From an uncultured virus (IMG/VR IMGVR_UViG_3300005617_000177) (Duplodnaviria > Heunggongvirae > Uroviricota > Caudoviricetes), in the IMG/VR virus record IMGVR_UViG_3300005617_000177: 64,000 nt of DNA; one strand, given 5' to 3'. Of this stretch, positions 19,701 through 30,297 are shown piece by piece; positions within the stretch are counted from its first letter, which is position 1, and the number at the start of each line of letters is the position of its first letter. Position numbers and translations under genes: made by a program. The notes beneath the pieces were generated by a model that ran no database searches, was not told where the DNA came from, and saw nothing but the letters and a program-made list of their open reading frames with translations.

Positions 19701-22402
19701 TTCTAGATGTCCTAAATATAGCTACAACGGAATTCGAGAAGAAGAGACGCGAGATCTTGTTACAGATCGATAAGGTTCAAGCCTTAAAAGCGGCCGGCAA
19801 GATCAAGCCCGATGAAGCTGATAAAGCGACAGATAGATTACAAGCGGATTTGTCAGCGGCTCGTATAGTACAAGCTAAAAAGGAAGCTGCTGCAACAAAT
19901 GATGTCCTTAAAGTAGATGATAGAACTACAAAGCAACTTATTAAGAATCGTCAAGATCTGTTATCTATTGAAATCTCGACGCAAGAATCCATTAATCGAC
20001 GACGACTTGAGCTTATCCGACGAGCGTCTCAAGATTCTATTGCTGTGCAAGAACGTGAAGCACAGGAAGTACATGACAATGATATTCGAATAAATGAACA
20101 GGAGCAGGCGAAACTGCTCACTTTCCTAAATGATCGCAAGAAATTAATAGTAAAGACTATTACTGATGCAGGACTACAAACTGCTGTGCGAGCTTCAACA
20201 AATGCGTTTATTAGAGGCTTGGCTGGTAGTGATGCAACAGAAGTCTTGAAGACATTTAAGAACTTAACTATCGAGAGCTTACAGGAACTTGAAGAAGCTC
20301 AACAGAAAGCCCTGTCTCAGGGAGCAGATATTAGTCCTGAGTTCCTAGCCTTCTTACGAGAAATCATCACTCTCAAACAGAAGGCATTGGATATAGATCA
20401 GACCAGAGACATTACCATTCAAGACTTGGCCATTAAGAAAGCCAATGAGCTTCTAGAAATTCACAGACAAGAAGCTGAGTTGGCTAATGATCTATTGAAC
20501 TTCCAGCAAGAACGTCTTGGATTCCTGAAGCAAGAAGGTCTGATTGGAGTTCTGGAAGCCAACGAGCGCCAGATTGATATTGAAAAGCAGAGGCTTAGAC
20601 TCATTCAGGATCAAATCCTGGAAATTCGCCGACGTGCACAGATTCGCACAGCGGAAGTAGAACAGAGAAATGAAGCTCTGCCTCCTGATCAGAGAAGAAG
20701 CATCACTGCTGTCATTGCCAGTGTCCAAGCTTCTCCGGAGATTTCAGAACTTCAGAAAGAGCTTCTACGTCTTGGCGAACAATCTATTGCTACATCTGAT
20801 AAGATCCGACTATTAGATTCTGTTCTTGGTCGAGTCCGCACTGGTCTGGACATTCTCATCGACGCATTTGACCGGGCACCGGAGAGCTTTGATGACTTCA
20901 GCACAGCTATATTGAAGCGCTCCTTGAAGGGTCTGGCAGAGGCTGCGCGTGGAGTTCAGAAACTTGTAGACATCATTATTGGAAAGGACATCCAACGAAA
21001 AGATCCTGCAACAGAATTGAGCTTAGCTTCAGAGGCTCTTAAGAATGATGTTGTTAAAGCCGCCAATGATTTCAAGAGCATAATTCTCCAAGCTGCTGCC
21101 GACTTCAAATCTGGATCCGCAGCCCCGCCTTCGGGTGCGACAGCCGCAACGATTACCAGTGGTGCAACTGGCGCTGCTGTGAATCCCAAGATTAAGAGTC
21201 AGTTCGCGGAGAATGTTGGAAAGGCGGTATCTAAAGCTTTCGTTGTTGCTGGTGGCTTGATTGCAGGATTGTCGGCCGAAACTATCGGCGGTAAGATCGC
21301 CGGGTTCGGACAGATCGCTGGTGCCTTTGGTCCGATCGGTCAGGCTGTTGCCGCTGGCGCACAGATCGTAGGAGGTATCGCTGATTTCATTGGCGCCGGC
21401 TTCAGGAAGAAAGCAGAGAAGATTGCCAAAGACATTCAGACAAATATCGGTCTGATCAACGATAAGTTTAAGGATGGGGCTATCACTCTTGGACAGTCGA
21501 TCAGCCAATTGAGCTCTCAACTGGCATCGGCCCGCAATCAATTGAGCGGCGGCAAGATTGGTAAGAAGGGAGGACGTGCAGCCCTCGCCGAACTAGAAAA
21601 GGACGTTAACAGTCAGATAGCTGATCTTCGACGCCAGGCGCGGGATACTCAGGAGAACTTCAAGAAGTCTCTCGAGCTTCTCAAGCTCCCGACTGATTTC
21701 CGAAGCCCGTTCACTACGCTGCAAGATGCCTTAAAGACAATCAAGGAGTTTCTGAACAGCTTTGAAAACGCCAATGATGCAGTAGCCCATTTTGCTGATG
21801 CTGAGGATTTCCTAACTCTGTCTGTTAAAGAATTGCAAGATGCGGCCAAGGCTCAGATTCAGGACATCATAAAACAGGAGCAGGCTGCGGCTGAAGCGTT
21901 TGAGAAATCCAGACGGGATCTTCTCAATCAAGGGCGAGTCAAAACCATATTCGATGAAGCCAAGGATCGACTCTCACAGTTGTTCGAGCTTGAACGGAAG
22001 CGCGCTGAAGAGCAACTCAAGGCTGAAAAGGATCTGGCGAATCAGAACAAGCTTCTGGACTTCATTAATAACATATTCAAGCAGTTCAAATCCGACTTGG
22101 ATGCGTTATTCGCAACATTCAGAAGCCCGCAGCTTACGAGCAGTTTCGATAGTTTCTCTGACAATGTAAATCGAATGGTAGGTGCTGCTGGACGTATTGC
22201 TGATGCCGGAAATCCTGGCGCATTGGCTTTACAGTCACAACAACGCGCTCAAGTCAGTCTGTCAGGAGATATCAGCGTAAGTATTTCGGCTACTTCTCCA
22301 AGTGATGCGGTTCGCCAAATCACCGCTGGACTGCAATCGACTCTCTCGAAAGTAAATCCATTTGCCGGGTGGTTGCCAACCGCCCGTCCCGTTAATCCTT
22401 AA
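16703..22402 (+). CDS. Tape measure protein
   Basis: 1899 aa, Ala/Glu/Lys/Leu helical with Gly-rich hydrophobic segments; follows the frameshifted chaperone. Confidence 0.88.
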   Translation: MADELPPLLQSYDIEPRVKPGAIDAVIADVKRLATQVTNILNKLDVGPIKVNTKTGDTVKGQFTDIAKSIEVGFDGVQKRLESGIGAALDALIQKALAAQGQINNLGGPGGGGGGGGRRTNQDFFGPGVPERQSQSARSQELEKQRIFENADKINRELKKRQAADDEAAAKKAEADNNRIAQNRIRLQQASALLEKRQREDAAKDQESIELRKIRLAQNSAAIAKREREAAEKEEAAAADRRARLAQNSAAIENRRLETERRFREAQPARVSDATSGGTAAIKLQTQAETALAQARRASAEAARSDDPARRTATLQAERAATQAVTDATIARRAAEQRLLVTRNPASTQREIDSANQLASATARQARESIGLANASGKAAEALRPLGRNGREAHEQLLALLGVSRFLPGALGQAVSGVALLSGGMQSATGIFIGVAGAIATVLIQLGRMGAQFNEELNRQRAQAEGLGLTLTEVKAFQLVLGQTGGTIENFAVGIKKINEAVTGIGDSAIETKNLLELVFAGTGFDFTKVTASIEKGSASKQILLELAKNMRTLEKAGLGSAVAAQIFGRSWDEVKGRLQDIADKEEQFEKALKDSGITAKEAEESAKRYAQVVAELELAWTKFAATLGGPVTAIVKGFQVTLNFLTEDAQTTLDRMKGFAKSLEISGSEAAAKSIINLSKLREAVARGEELPKGTLGKATGTEDEFGVSQGLLDRASQQTKLDFLAAQIELNKQFIRKSGFDPDALIQQQKDRERELADEEAITENQKRLKEERQKQLEEAGKSASITERTATLKEHELAVAQDEQQLLQKQRQEEEKALKLAELVLKGDISDEKRADITEKRNAAKNRLIGLRIEENRLSKRIAALRKEERPTAALEADAEDITEALRSTDRSSTQFQLLADKLIKTREKILALARDPDERRRFSKQLFRDSQFIKGQTLEELQQQFAAAMVDIQEKSAQALDTIGRARERELIETDRLLESGSITVTEAARRDAQGILDVLNIATTEFEKKRREILLQIDKVQALKAAGKIKPDEADKATDRLQADLSAARIVQAKKEAAATNDVLKVDDRTTKQLIKNRQDLLSIEISTQESINRRRLELIRRASQDSIAVQEREAQEVHDNDIRINEQEQAKLLTFLNDRKKLIVKTITDAGLQTAVRASTNAFIRGLAGSDATEVLKTFKNLTIESLQELEEAQQKALSQGADISPEFLAFLREIITLKQKALDIDQTRDITIQDLAIKKANELLEIHRQEAELANDLLNFQQERLGFLKQEGLIGVLEANERQIDIEKQRLRLIQDQILEIRRRAQIRTAEVEQRNEALPPDQRRSITAVIASVQASPEISELQKELLRLGEQSIATSDKIRLLDSVLGRVRTGLDILIDAFDRAPESFDDFSTAILKRSLKGLAEAARGVQKLVDIIIGKDIQRKDPATELSLASEALKNDVVKAANDFKSIILQAAADFKSGSAAPPSGATAATITSGATGAAVNPKIKSQFAENVGKAVSKAFVVAGGLIAGLSAETIGGKIAGFGQIAGAFGPIGQAVAAGAQIVGGIADFIGAGFRKKAEKIAKDIQTNIGLINDKFKDGAITLGQSISQLSSQLASARNQLSGGKIGKKGGRAALAELEKDVNSQIADLRRQARDTQENFKKSLELLKLPTDFRSPFTTLQDALKTIKEFLNSFENANDAVAHFADAEDFLTLSVKELQDAAKAQIQDIIKQEQAAAEAFEKSRRDLLNQGRVKTIFDEAKDRLSQLFELERKRAEEQLKAEKDLANQNKLLDFINNIFKQFKSDLDALFATFRSPQLTSSFDSFSDNVNRMVGAAGRIADAGNPGALALQSQQRAQVSLSGDISVSISATSPSDAVRQITAGLQSTLSKVNPFAGWLPTARPVNP

Positions 22403-22418
22403 CGGGTACTGAGGACTT

Positions 22419-25400
22419 ATGGGCAGCTTTAGTTTGACCATCAATGCTGTTGATGTGACCGACATCGTGTGTGATGCGGTCGGGCAGAAACGAATGTCAA
22501 TCACCCAGAATCAGGATGGGAATGAGGCGACGTTTCTTTTAGATTTGACCGATCTCGGAGTGCAGCCGGTTGGCGCGCGCTTTGTTGCCACTCTTCCTGG
22601 TGGACAGACTATTGTTCTGCAAACTATTACTTGTTCTTCGATCAGAGAGGTCTACCATGATCCATCTCTGCCCTTCTGGATTCATCAATTCAAATGTGTC
22701 GATCCTCTCACAGCTATCAAGAACAAGCGTCTTCCTGATCGTAAGCCATTCTTGAACACTACGACAGGCGCCATTCTACAAGCCCTTATCGCAGAGCTTG
22801 ATCCAACCTTGACCCTGAGTCTGGCCGCGGGCAACACGGTAGCAGCCTTGAATCTACGTGAGTTCTCTTCATTCGGGGATGTGTTGCAATCGGAAATCAT
22901 GGCCGATGGCTATGTCCTGCGAATGCAGGGCGGTCTGAATGTTCGTGGAGACTACGACACGAATATGGTGGCTCAATCTGATTGGGTCATAGATCAGGAC
23001 GATCTCCGATACAGTCCGTACAGGTTCAGGGTCGAGCCTCCAAATGAATTGATCGATTCAGTAACGGTCACTCCCAATAAAGATATTCCGCTTGCCCGGG
23101 AATCGGAATTTACAGAGATCGATGGTCGTGTAATGCCTTCTTTCGCCCTGGACGGAAAGGTGTTTGGCTTGGAAGATTCAGAGCCTTTCAAGCTCACAGC
23201 CGGACAAGATATTACCGATGAAACTTTATGGGAGAGAACCGGGACAATTGTTATGAGCGGGTCCCATATCGAATTGGATGGAACCCTTGTCAGTCTCGAT
23301 GCTCGTCCATTTGTATTCCCTTTCAAAGCTGCTTGGACTAGCATCATTCCCGATCTGGGGACCAGTTACGAGTTTGGATTTCAGGATGATTTAGGTAATT
23401 GGATCGTTTCTGTATCATCTGCTGACTTTCCGCTTGCACTGGATTCCGGCGATGATCAGCACACCTATGAAATCTTTACCAACCCTGTCGGCGATAGCGG
23501 AACCATTGAATTCTGGGGCGTTCATCTTCATCAGAACTTCACTGTAGATGTTGATGTAACGATCTCGACTGTAAGCGCTGCTAATTACGACACGAATGTA
23601 TTAACTCTGGGCTCTGCTTGGTCTGTTGATAACAACTACGTTCGTATCAGAAGGGCCGGAGAGGACATTGGAAGCGCTCGTATTCTTCGATGGAATGGTT
23701 CGAAAACACAATTGACTTTGACAGAGATACCGGCCGGCGTGTTGCCAGGAGACGAAGTGACTCGCGGTGTCGGTGCCGATTCTATCCAGACCATTGAACT
23801 GATTAAGACAGTGACCCCTGCTGGTGGAGGCTATGGGTTGCCAGCCATATCAGGACTTGGCGTCCATTTGGGTGCGTTTATTATTCAACGCACTGGACAG
23901 GTCGAAGGTTATTTACTCAAAGAATTCAATTCAATGCCGCCCCAGGTTTATCCGCGGGCTCTCAGTCTCGATGTAGATCAGTTGGAATCTTCAGATGGTG
24001 TTGTTAGTGGGTCTGGTTCATCTTCGAACGTCACCTTCTCTCAGAAGTTCTCGACTGATAAGCAGATTCATTTGATCTTCAATTATGTAAAAGGCGGAAA
24101 GCATGATTTCGAATCTATCTGTGGAGCATCTGGCGCGCACGTAACAGTTCCGATCGACGGCGAGCAAGATCCTACTAAACTTCAGGCGATAGCCGACCGC
24201 ATCTGTGACTTGGGTTCAAGGAATATTCCTCGAGTGACATCCGATATGCATTCGACGGAAATTGCCGGTAATCCTCTACCTTGGGATCCACTTCCATTGG
24301 ATTTGCCTGCACACTATCAGGTCAGCGTTCCTTCGGTGCCGATGATTTCTAACACTATTACGTACAAAGGGTTTAAGGATCTGGCTGACGATGTTGTGTT
24401 GTTTGATATGGATGCCGGGGACAAGACTCCGACTGAGCGCGCGCAACAAGAAGCTTTGCGTGGGAATCCCCTATCGAAGTTTCCTATCAGACTGGCGACG
24501 ATTGGCGGTGCAAGAATCACAGGTGTGTCATGGGATGACGTCACTCTGAGCGCTTCGATCTCGGGTGGCGGAACTGTCTTTGGCCCGCACGGACAGGTTG
24601 TGAATCTGGCAGGCGGAATAGATCCAGCTACCGAGGCCGGCGTAGCCGATAAACACCGGAATCCAGTAACACTGAGATGCACGACAGACGGGGGAAACTT
24701 TCAAAAGGATGTTCTGACCTTCACAGTCATCTATCCTCCTGCGGCTGTAAATCCAGATACGGTCACATGTAAGTATAACTCTCAGAACAATACTTTGAAG
24801 TTCAAATGGCCGAGAGCGAGCGGGGCTGTAGCTTACGACATTATGCATCTGATCGAGGCTCCAACGCCTCCAGGCGGCATCACCGATAGCGAATCCATTG
24901 TGGATCCAGACGGTTGTATGGGCGCCGAGGCGTCAGGTTTGCTGTGGGAGCGCGTAGCCCGTACAACGTCTCCAGAATATCTGTTACCTTATGAACCACT
25001 CTCTCGAGCGATTAAGATTCGATCTGTTGGTCTGTGCGATAAGGTCTCGCCTTATATAGAAGCATGTTGTGTGCTGCCTCCGCTGCCTGCGCCGACGACC
25101 TTTGATGTTCGTAAGGTCAAGAAGCAGGACAGAATTGTCTTCCGTGTCAGTGCACCGGATCAGACTGCCGCCTTCAAGGGGCGTGCTGAGTTCCTTCGAA
25201 TCCTCGTTCTGCAAACCACCGATCCTGATTTGGTAATAACGGATCGAGAAGACTTTGTGGATACGGATCCAAATGTCACGATCTGGACTTTGCCGCTTGC
25301 TTCAAAGGACGAGCTAACTCATTACAAGATTTCTTTTGATGATACTGCGGCCGACGACATTGTATGGGTGACTGCGTGTTGGGTTGATCGCTTTCACGAT

Positions 25401-28400
25401 GAAGGATTATTCACAGAGCCGTTTGATGCAACGCAGCCGCCGATGTCTCCACCAAGTTTGGTATTAGGAGATTTCTTCCAGTCTGCAAGCCAAGCGAATG
25501 GCGGCACTGTTGTTGACGACGACAATACAACAACGATTGTGGAGTTCACCGGGAAATTCAGAGTTCATCTCGGTCGCCACAATGAAACTCTTCAGCTTGT
25601 ATTCCACAAGTCTGAAAGGACAACCAGCTACGCCTCGGTTGGAACCTGGCCGTATCTCACCGGGGGTGAATACAACCGTCTGCGTTCTCACTGGACAGAC
25701 GTCACAGATGAAGATGTAGCTAATGGTTACATCGACATCGACATGCCGCAGGACTTTAAGGATTCAAAGAAAAAGCATTTCACCTATCGTCCGTACAAGA
25801 TTAAGGTCCGTGGTCCGGCCGTCAGAGAACGAATTGATCCTGCCCTGGAAGAAGTATTCACGAAAGAGGTTCTTACAGTATGGGGCTTCGCTCCTGATCT
25901 GCCAGTGCTTCCGATTGTTCCACACGAAGTCGATGCTGTGTTCGACATGGTGCCGTTCTACTTCCATCCAGGAGTAACCGGGTTCGGGCACGACACTCCT
26001 GTAGTCGCCAACTTGAAAGTGAAGGCGCAAGAGAGCGGTGTCAAGGTTCGGTGGAAGCCAATCAATGATTCAAACATCTGGCGATATTTCGTCTTCTTCT
26101 CTTTGTCCAACTTCGGAGTCCGCGGCCCGGGCGATTACGCGCCTCTCAGCCTAACTGGCGATCCCGCCATCGCGGCGGCTCTGGATGCGATCGACGGCGA
26201 CGGCGACATTACTCTTTATAACCAAGCGAACACCGTAAAGAACGTTGCTGCGGTTGCCATTGACATGGGTAAGGTCAAAGGACACAGATTCTATAATGGC
26301 GAAACTTATGGAAGTTTGACCCTGACTCAGGGTGTCACTTACTTTGTCGGAGTCATTGCTCAGACTAAATCAGGTAGATTCAGTGCTGTTATCAGCGATA
26401 CTGATACCGATCTCAGCGGTGGTCCTGGTGGTGCGTCTGTCCCTGGAGCATTGGCATTTCCTGGATCCATTGCTACCAATACTGTTGATGGAGATCCAGA
26501 TAAGAATCTGGCCAGAATTGAAGTGGTCGTGGCAACGGCTAATGCTGGAACTTTCGTTGCAAACAACATCGCTGAAGTCGGGGTGTTTGTTGTTGAGCGA
26601 AACGATAACAACACCTTGAATGTTGGTTCGCATCATTTCTTTTCTCGCAGTACGGCCTTTGCTACCTCGTCGGTTCCAATAGAGTTCTTCTTAAAGATTG
26701 GCCGAAAGTTTCAGATCACCGATGTTATCGCTATGAATGGCGATAAGAGAACTACTACATCTGGAACTATCAACTTCACGGCTGGTGCGATTCGCGGTGT
26801 TGATACCGGAGATGCGAAGGTGGTGCCGGCGCCGACCTTTGGTGCTATTACAAGATTGGATGGCTCTAACAAAGAAGATGATGTGCCTGTAACTCTCACC
26901 CAGGATGGTGTGGATATTGTCTGGTTCAAGCAATTGGTACTTGAGAAATCCACTAACGGTGGAGCGTTTAAGTTCGAGACTTCTATAAATCTAAAGCATG
27001 AAGATACGCTGTATTTGAGCGCGTCTGCTACCAAGACCTGGAACTTCGCAGTCAAAAGGAAAGCAGCGGTGACGGCTCAGTATCGAGTCTTTGCTGTCGC
27101 AGTAGGAGGCAAGTCCAGCACAATTACAGTGAGCGGCTCACAGTCCGCAACGCCTGTCGATACCTCTGCTCTGCCTGGGCAGCTTACTTTCCCTACGTCA
27201 CTAAACGCCAATACTGTCGACGGAGATCCAGACAAGAATCTGGCCAGGATCGAAGTCGTTCTTTCGACATTGAATGGTCTCGGCTTTGACGTAAACAACA
27301 TTCGAGAATTCGGCGTGTATGTAATAGAGCGCGACGAAGCGAACTTGAATAACGTCGCGCAGCCATTCCTGTTCACTCGCACTTCATTAAGCTCTCCGCT
27401 TACGTCCATTGCAATGGAGTTCTATTTGCGAATGGGTCGCAGATTCAGGATCCTGCAAGCTGTATCTCTGAATGGAGATAGAGAGAATGGAACTGCTGGA
27501 ATTTTGGATTTCGTTGCTGGTGGAGTACGTCACGTTAATACAGGAGATTCCAAAGTAGTTCCGCCTCCGGTGTTCCAGGCCGGCCCAACAGCAAACGGAA
27601 ATAAGAATGTATCTGTCACTGTGAGAGTCAATCAGGATGCAACAGAGATTATAATCTTCAAGAAGCTTTTGATTGAAAAATCAATGGGCGGCGGGCCGTT
27701 TGAAATTGAAACATCGATAGGACTGAAAGAAGAAGATGCACTCTATACTGCTGTATCTGTTTCGAAAGATTTTGTATTTGATTTCAAGCGCAAGCCTGGA
27801 GTAGCAGTTCAATTTCGAGCGACTGTTATTGCTGTCGGTGGTAAGGCTAGCAGCGTTGTAACCAGTTCGTCTCTCAGTGCTTCGGTATCGGATCAAAGCG
27901 AAGATCCGGTTGCCGTAGCTGCTGTAGGCGGCTTGAATCTCACATTCTCGAACAGAAAAGGATTCAAGAGTATATGGACTAAGCCTACATTGAATACTGA
28001 CGGATCAACCACAAAGTCGTTGATTGGTTATAAGATTGCCTACTTCAACGACACGGCCGGCACTGTCTGGATGGATGCCGAGACTGGTCAAGTAGCGGCG
28101 AATCAGGCGGCAGCAACGATCTTCCGCGCGGATAATCATCACACAACCAACTTAAAGAAATCTCAGTTGGCTTCTCCATTCAGTGTGTCTGGATGCAAAG
28201 TGATAATTATCCCGGTCAATATCGTAGCGGGCGTTGAAACTAATGGAACATCTGCAACTAGCACCTTGATTCCGCCTGGGGATCCTGATGGTCTCGAGGA
28301 AGATGCTTCTTTCCCAGATCAGCCACCGACTCCCAATGTCGTTGAGTATGCTGGTAGCGTAATTGTAACTGCGGGACAACCCGCAAATAATTTCCAAACG

Positions 28401-29171
28401 ATCAAACGCTACCAGAACGTTGAATCTAAGAGCGTCTCTCCGCCAACCAGCGCGCAGCAAGCTGATCCTCCGACCGGACCCGATGTACTTCTGGTCGATA
28501 CCAGCAGAGCAGGAGTCACGCAATTCAGACAACCAAGACAGGAGAAGTCCCGTTGGTATTTCACTCGAGTCTTGAACAAGAACGGCTGGTCGATCTTTTC
28601 TCCACCAGGATCTATTGGGCAAACTTCGCGCCCACTCGAAGATGTGATTGGAACTGGAGTCCCTCAATTAGTTCGGCCAGGAACGGCTCCCTATCCAGCA
28701 GATCCGTTGGCTCCTAATGGATTCATAAACGTACAAGGAACTGTTTTGTCTGGATTCAAAGTAGGAGTCCACGTATGGGCTGACTCTTCAGATGGCATCA
28801 ACACAGATATTGCAGTGATCGAGATCATTATGCCTACGGATCAAAATGCTATGTCAATTCAGTTGGTGCAAATGGAATCTTGGCGCGCGACTGCCGTTGG
28901 TGTGAAGAAGGACACACAAGTAATTAAACCAGGATTGAGTTGTGTATTCCGTACTCGCATTGTCAGTTCGCAGTATGTTGCAAGATACAGAATTCAAAAT
29001 ATGTGGAGAGGCACAACCATCTCTCCTTCTCCTGGTTGGAGTGTCTTCAGCGACTACTTTTTGCTACCTACATCGGCGGCTGCGGTTAATTATGATCCTG
29101 GAGCCAACCTTCCGCCTGAAAATGACTTCCAGAATTTGCCGAGCTATCCTGATCGGTATATACCTTTGTAA
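22419..29171 (+). CDS. Large tail-tip/hub and host-specificity protein with FnIII/Ig-like domains
   Basis: 2250 aa directly after TMP; beta-rich; internal 244-aa tandem duplication. Confidence 0.7.
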   Translation: MGSFSLTINAVDVTDIVCDAVGQKRMSITQNQDGNEATFLLDLTDLGVQPVGARFVATLPGGQTIVLQTITCSSIREVYHDPSLPFWIHQFKCVDPLTAIKNKRLPDRKPFLNTTTGAILQALIAELDPTLTLSLAAGNTVAALNLREFSSFGDVLQSEIMADGYVLRMQGGLNVRGDYDTNMVAQSDWVIDQDDLRYSPYRFRVEPPNELIDSVTVTPNKDIPLARESEFTEIDGRVMPSFALDGKVFGLEDSEPFKLTAGQDITDETLWERTGTIVMSGSHIELDGTLVSLDARPFVFPFKAAWTSIIPDLGTSYEFGFQDDLGNWIVSVSSADFPLALDSGDDQHTYEIFTNPVGDSGTIEFWGVHLHQNFTVDVDVTISTVSAANYDTNVLTLGSAWSVDNNYVRIRRAGEDIGSARILRWNGSKTQLTLTEIPAGVLPGDEVTRGVGADSIQTIELIKTVTPAGGGYGLPAISGLGVHLGAFIIQRTGQVEGYLLKEFNSMPPQVYPRALSLDVDQLESSDGVVSGSGSSSNVTFSQKFSTDKQIHLIFNYVKGGKHDFESICGASGAHVTVPIDGEQDPTKLQAIADRICDLGSRNIPRVTSDMHSTEIAGNPLPWDPLPLDLPAHYQVSVPSVPMISNTITYKGFKDLADDVVLFDMDAGDKTPTERAQQEALRGNPLSKFPIRLATIGGARITGVSWDDVTLSASISGGGTVFGPHGQVVNLAGGIDPATEAGVADKHRNPVTLRCTTDGGNFQKDVLTFTVIYPPAAVNPDTVTCKYNSQNNTLKFKWPRASGAVAYDIMHLIEAPTPPGGITDSESIVDPDGCMGAEASGLLWERVARTTSPEYLLPYEPLSRAIKIRSVGLCDKVSPYIEACCVLPPLPAPTTFDVRKVKKQDRIVFRVSAPDQTAAFKGRAEFLRILVLQTTDPDLVITDREDFVDTDPNVTIWTLPLASKDELTHYKISFDDTAADDIVWVTACWVDRFHDEGLFTEPFDATQPPMSPPSLVLGDFFQSASQANGGTVVDDDNTTTIVEFTGKFRVHLGRHNETLQLVFHKSERTTSYASVGTWPYLTGGEYNRLRSHWTDVTDEDVANGYIDIDMPQDFKDSKKKHFTYRPYKIKVRGPAVRERIDPALEEVFTKEVLTVWGFAPDLPVLPIVPHEVDAVFDMVPFYFHPGVTGFGHDTPVVANLKVKAQESGVKVRWKPINDSNIWRYFVFFSLSNFGVRGPGDYAPLSLTGDPAIAAALDAIDGDGDITLYNQANTVKNVAAVAIDMGKVKGHRFYNGETYGSLTLTQGVTYFVGVIAQTKSGRFSAVISDTDTDLSGGPGGASVPGALAFPGSIATNTVDGDPDKNLARIEVVVATANAGTFVANNIAEVGVFVVERNDNNTLNVGSHHFFSRSTAFATSSVPIEFFLKIGRKFQITDVIAMNGDKRTTTSGTINFTAGAIRGVDTGDAKVVPAPTFGAITRLDGSNKEDDVPVTLTQDGVDIVWFKQLVLEKSTNGGAFKFETSINLKHEDTLYLSASATKTWNFAVKRKAAVTAQYRVFAVAVGGKSSTITVSGSQSATPVDTSALPGQLTFPTSLNANTVDGDPDKNLARIEVVLSTLNGLGFDVNNIREFGVYVIERDEANLNNVAQPFLFTRTSLSSPLTSIAMEFYLRMGRRFRILQAVSLNGDRENGTAGILDFVAGGVRHVNTGDSKVVPPPVFQAGPTANGNKNVSVTVRVNQDATEIIIFKKLLIEKSMGGGPFEIETSIGLKEEDALYTAVSVSKDFVFDFKRKPGVAVQFRATVIAVGGKASSVVTSSSLSASVSDQSEDPVAVAAVGGLNLTFSNRKGFKSIWTKPTLNTDGSTTKSLIGYKIAYFNDTAGTVWMDAETGQVAANQAAATIFRADNHHTTNLKKSQLASPFSVSGCKVIIIPVNIVAGVETNGTSATSTLIPPGDPDGLEEDASFPDQPPTPNVVEYAGSVIVTAGQPANNFQTIKRYQNVESKSVSPPTSAQQADPPTGPDVLLVDTSRAGVTQFRQPRQEKSRWYFTRVLNKNGWSIFSPPGSIGQTSRPLEDVIGTGVPQLVRPGTAPYPADPLAPNGFINVQGTVLSGFKVGVHVWADSSDGINTDIAVIEIIMPTDQNAMSIQLVQMESWRATAVGVKKDTQVIKPGLSCVFRTRIVSSQYVARYRIQNMWRGTTISPSPGWSVFSDYFLLPTSAAAVNYDPGANLPPENDFQNLPSYPDRYIPL
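26441..27890 (+). repeat. Tandem duplication of a ~244-aa module in the tail-tip protein
   Basis: NTVDGDPDKNLARIEVV encoded at 26478 and 27210 (732-nt period); ends approximate. Confidence 0.85.
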
Positions 29172-29179
29172 GGAGTTTT

Positions 29180-29686
29180 ATGGATATCTTAGTGAAGCAT
29201 TCAACTGAGCATACAATCACCTGCCAGACTTGTAATCAACCGGCGATGTATCGAGAAATCCAACTCACGGTCCCGGGATTACAAACCAGAATGATTGGAT
29301 ACTCTACTCATTCTGAAAGCATCACAGAAGAACAACACCATCAAGCAATGGGGCGCTTAGAAGCTTTCCATTCTAAGTTCTTTGATTTGATTGCTCAGAT
29401 CAAAGAAGCAATGGGCACAGAAGGTATCAAGCTAAAGATTGGCCGTATCATTGATTTGGAATTGGGATCTGTCATTCCCACAGCTTGTGAGCCTCGAACT
29501 ATGGTACAACCTGAAGCAACTGTGCGTGCTTATGGAAAGTCCAAGCATTTCATTTTTGAAGATGTTCCTATAGATGAAATAACTTTGGAGTCTCTGCTCG
29601 CTCTGGTAACGCCGGCTTGTGATTACGCAGCTTTGGAACTTCAAGAACAATACACCGCCAATCAGCATCCAGGGGATGAAGCGTGA
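29180..29686 (+). CDS. Hypothetical protein
   Basis: 168 aa, AAGGAG SD, CxxC. Confidence 0.6.
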   Translation: MDILVKHSTEHTITCQTCNQPAMYREIQLTVPGLQTRMIGYSTHSESITEEQHHQAMGRLEAFHSKFFDLIAQIKEAMGTEGIKLKIGRIIDLELGSVIPTACEPRTMVQPEATVRAYGKSKHFIFEDVPIDEITLESLLALVTPACDYAALELQEQYTANQHPGDEA

Positions 29687-30297
29687 AACGACTTCTATTT
29701 CGTTCATTGCTAGGATCAGCAGTTCCCGGGGAAGAAAAGATCACACCTTTGGGAATACGGTATCAAGCCAGCGGATTCGATCAACCATGTCGAGATCGCA
29801 TCCAAGAATCGATCGAGTGGTTGAAGACTCAAGGTATAGATCCATCCAACTTTGAAACCTACGCCTTGAAACTCACAGAGGATTCCAAGGCTCTGCCTCT
29901 CTGGATAGACGTTTCTTATATGTACAGTCGAGGCAAATGGGAAGCGTGTGGCGGGGTGTGGGCTTGGACGGTGAAGACTTACAAGCCCTCTGCCTTCCTG
30001 ATAACTCTGACAGACGAGCCAATCAAAGATGGAGAGTCTTTTCGATTGGCGCTATCCAAATGTCCAAAGCTTAGATACGAAGCTTTAAGAAGACGTTCGA
30101 ACACGACCAATGCTGAAATCAGCGTCGTGGCCTGCGGAATGGAAGACGGACGCCTGAACCCCATAGACAATCTATTACAATGGGAGTGGGGTAATCTATT
30201 CGATCTGGCAATGGGTACCTACAGACTTCGTAGAAAAGTGGAGATCGGGAATCACAGTCCTTGCGCTCCCATTCCACAGAAACTTGGTTTCCAATGA
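29683..30297 (+). CDS. Hypothetical protein
   Basis: 204 aa, overlapping both neighbours. Confidence 0.55.
   Translation: MKRLLFRSLLGSAVPGEEKITPLGIRYQASGFDQPCRDRIQESIEWLKTQGIDPSNFETYALKLTEDSKALPLWIDVSYMYSRGKWEACGGVWAWTVKTYKPSAFLITLTDEPIKDGESFRLALSKCPKLRYEALRRRSNTTNAEISVVACGMEDGRLNPIDNLLQWEWGNLFDLAMGTYRLRRKVEIGNHSPCAPIPQKLGFQ
30279..30291. repeat. 13-bp quasi-palindrome, copy 2
   Basis: GAAACTTGGTTTC 2 nt before ATG 30294. Confidence 0.7.

Noticed and set aside
26441..27890. Diversity-generating retroelement TR/VR pair
   Set aside because: Differences between the copies are not adenine-specific, both are in-frame coding, and no reverse transcriptase is present.
29683..30297. HExxH metallopeptidase
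   Set aside because: The motif reads WEWGN and lacks both histidines.
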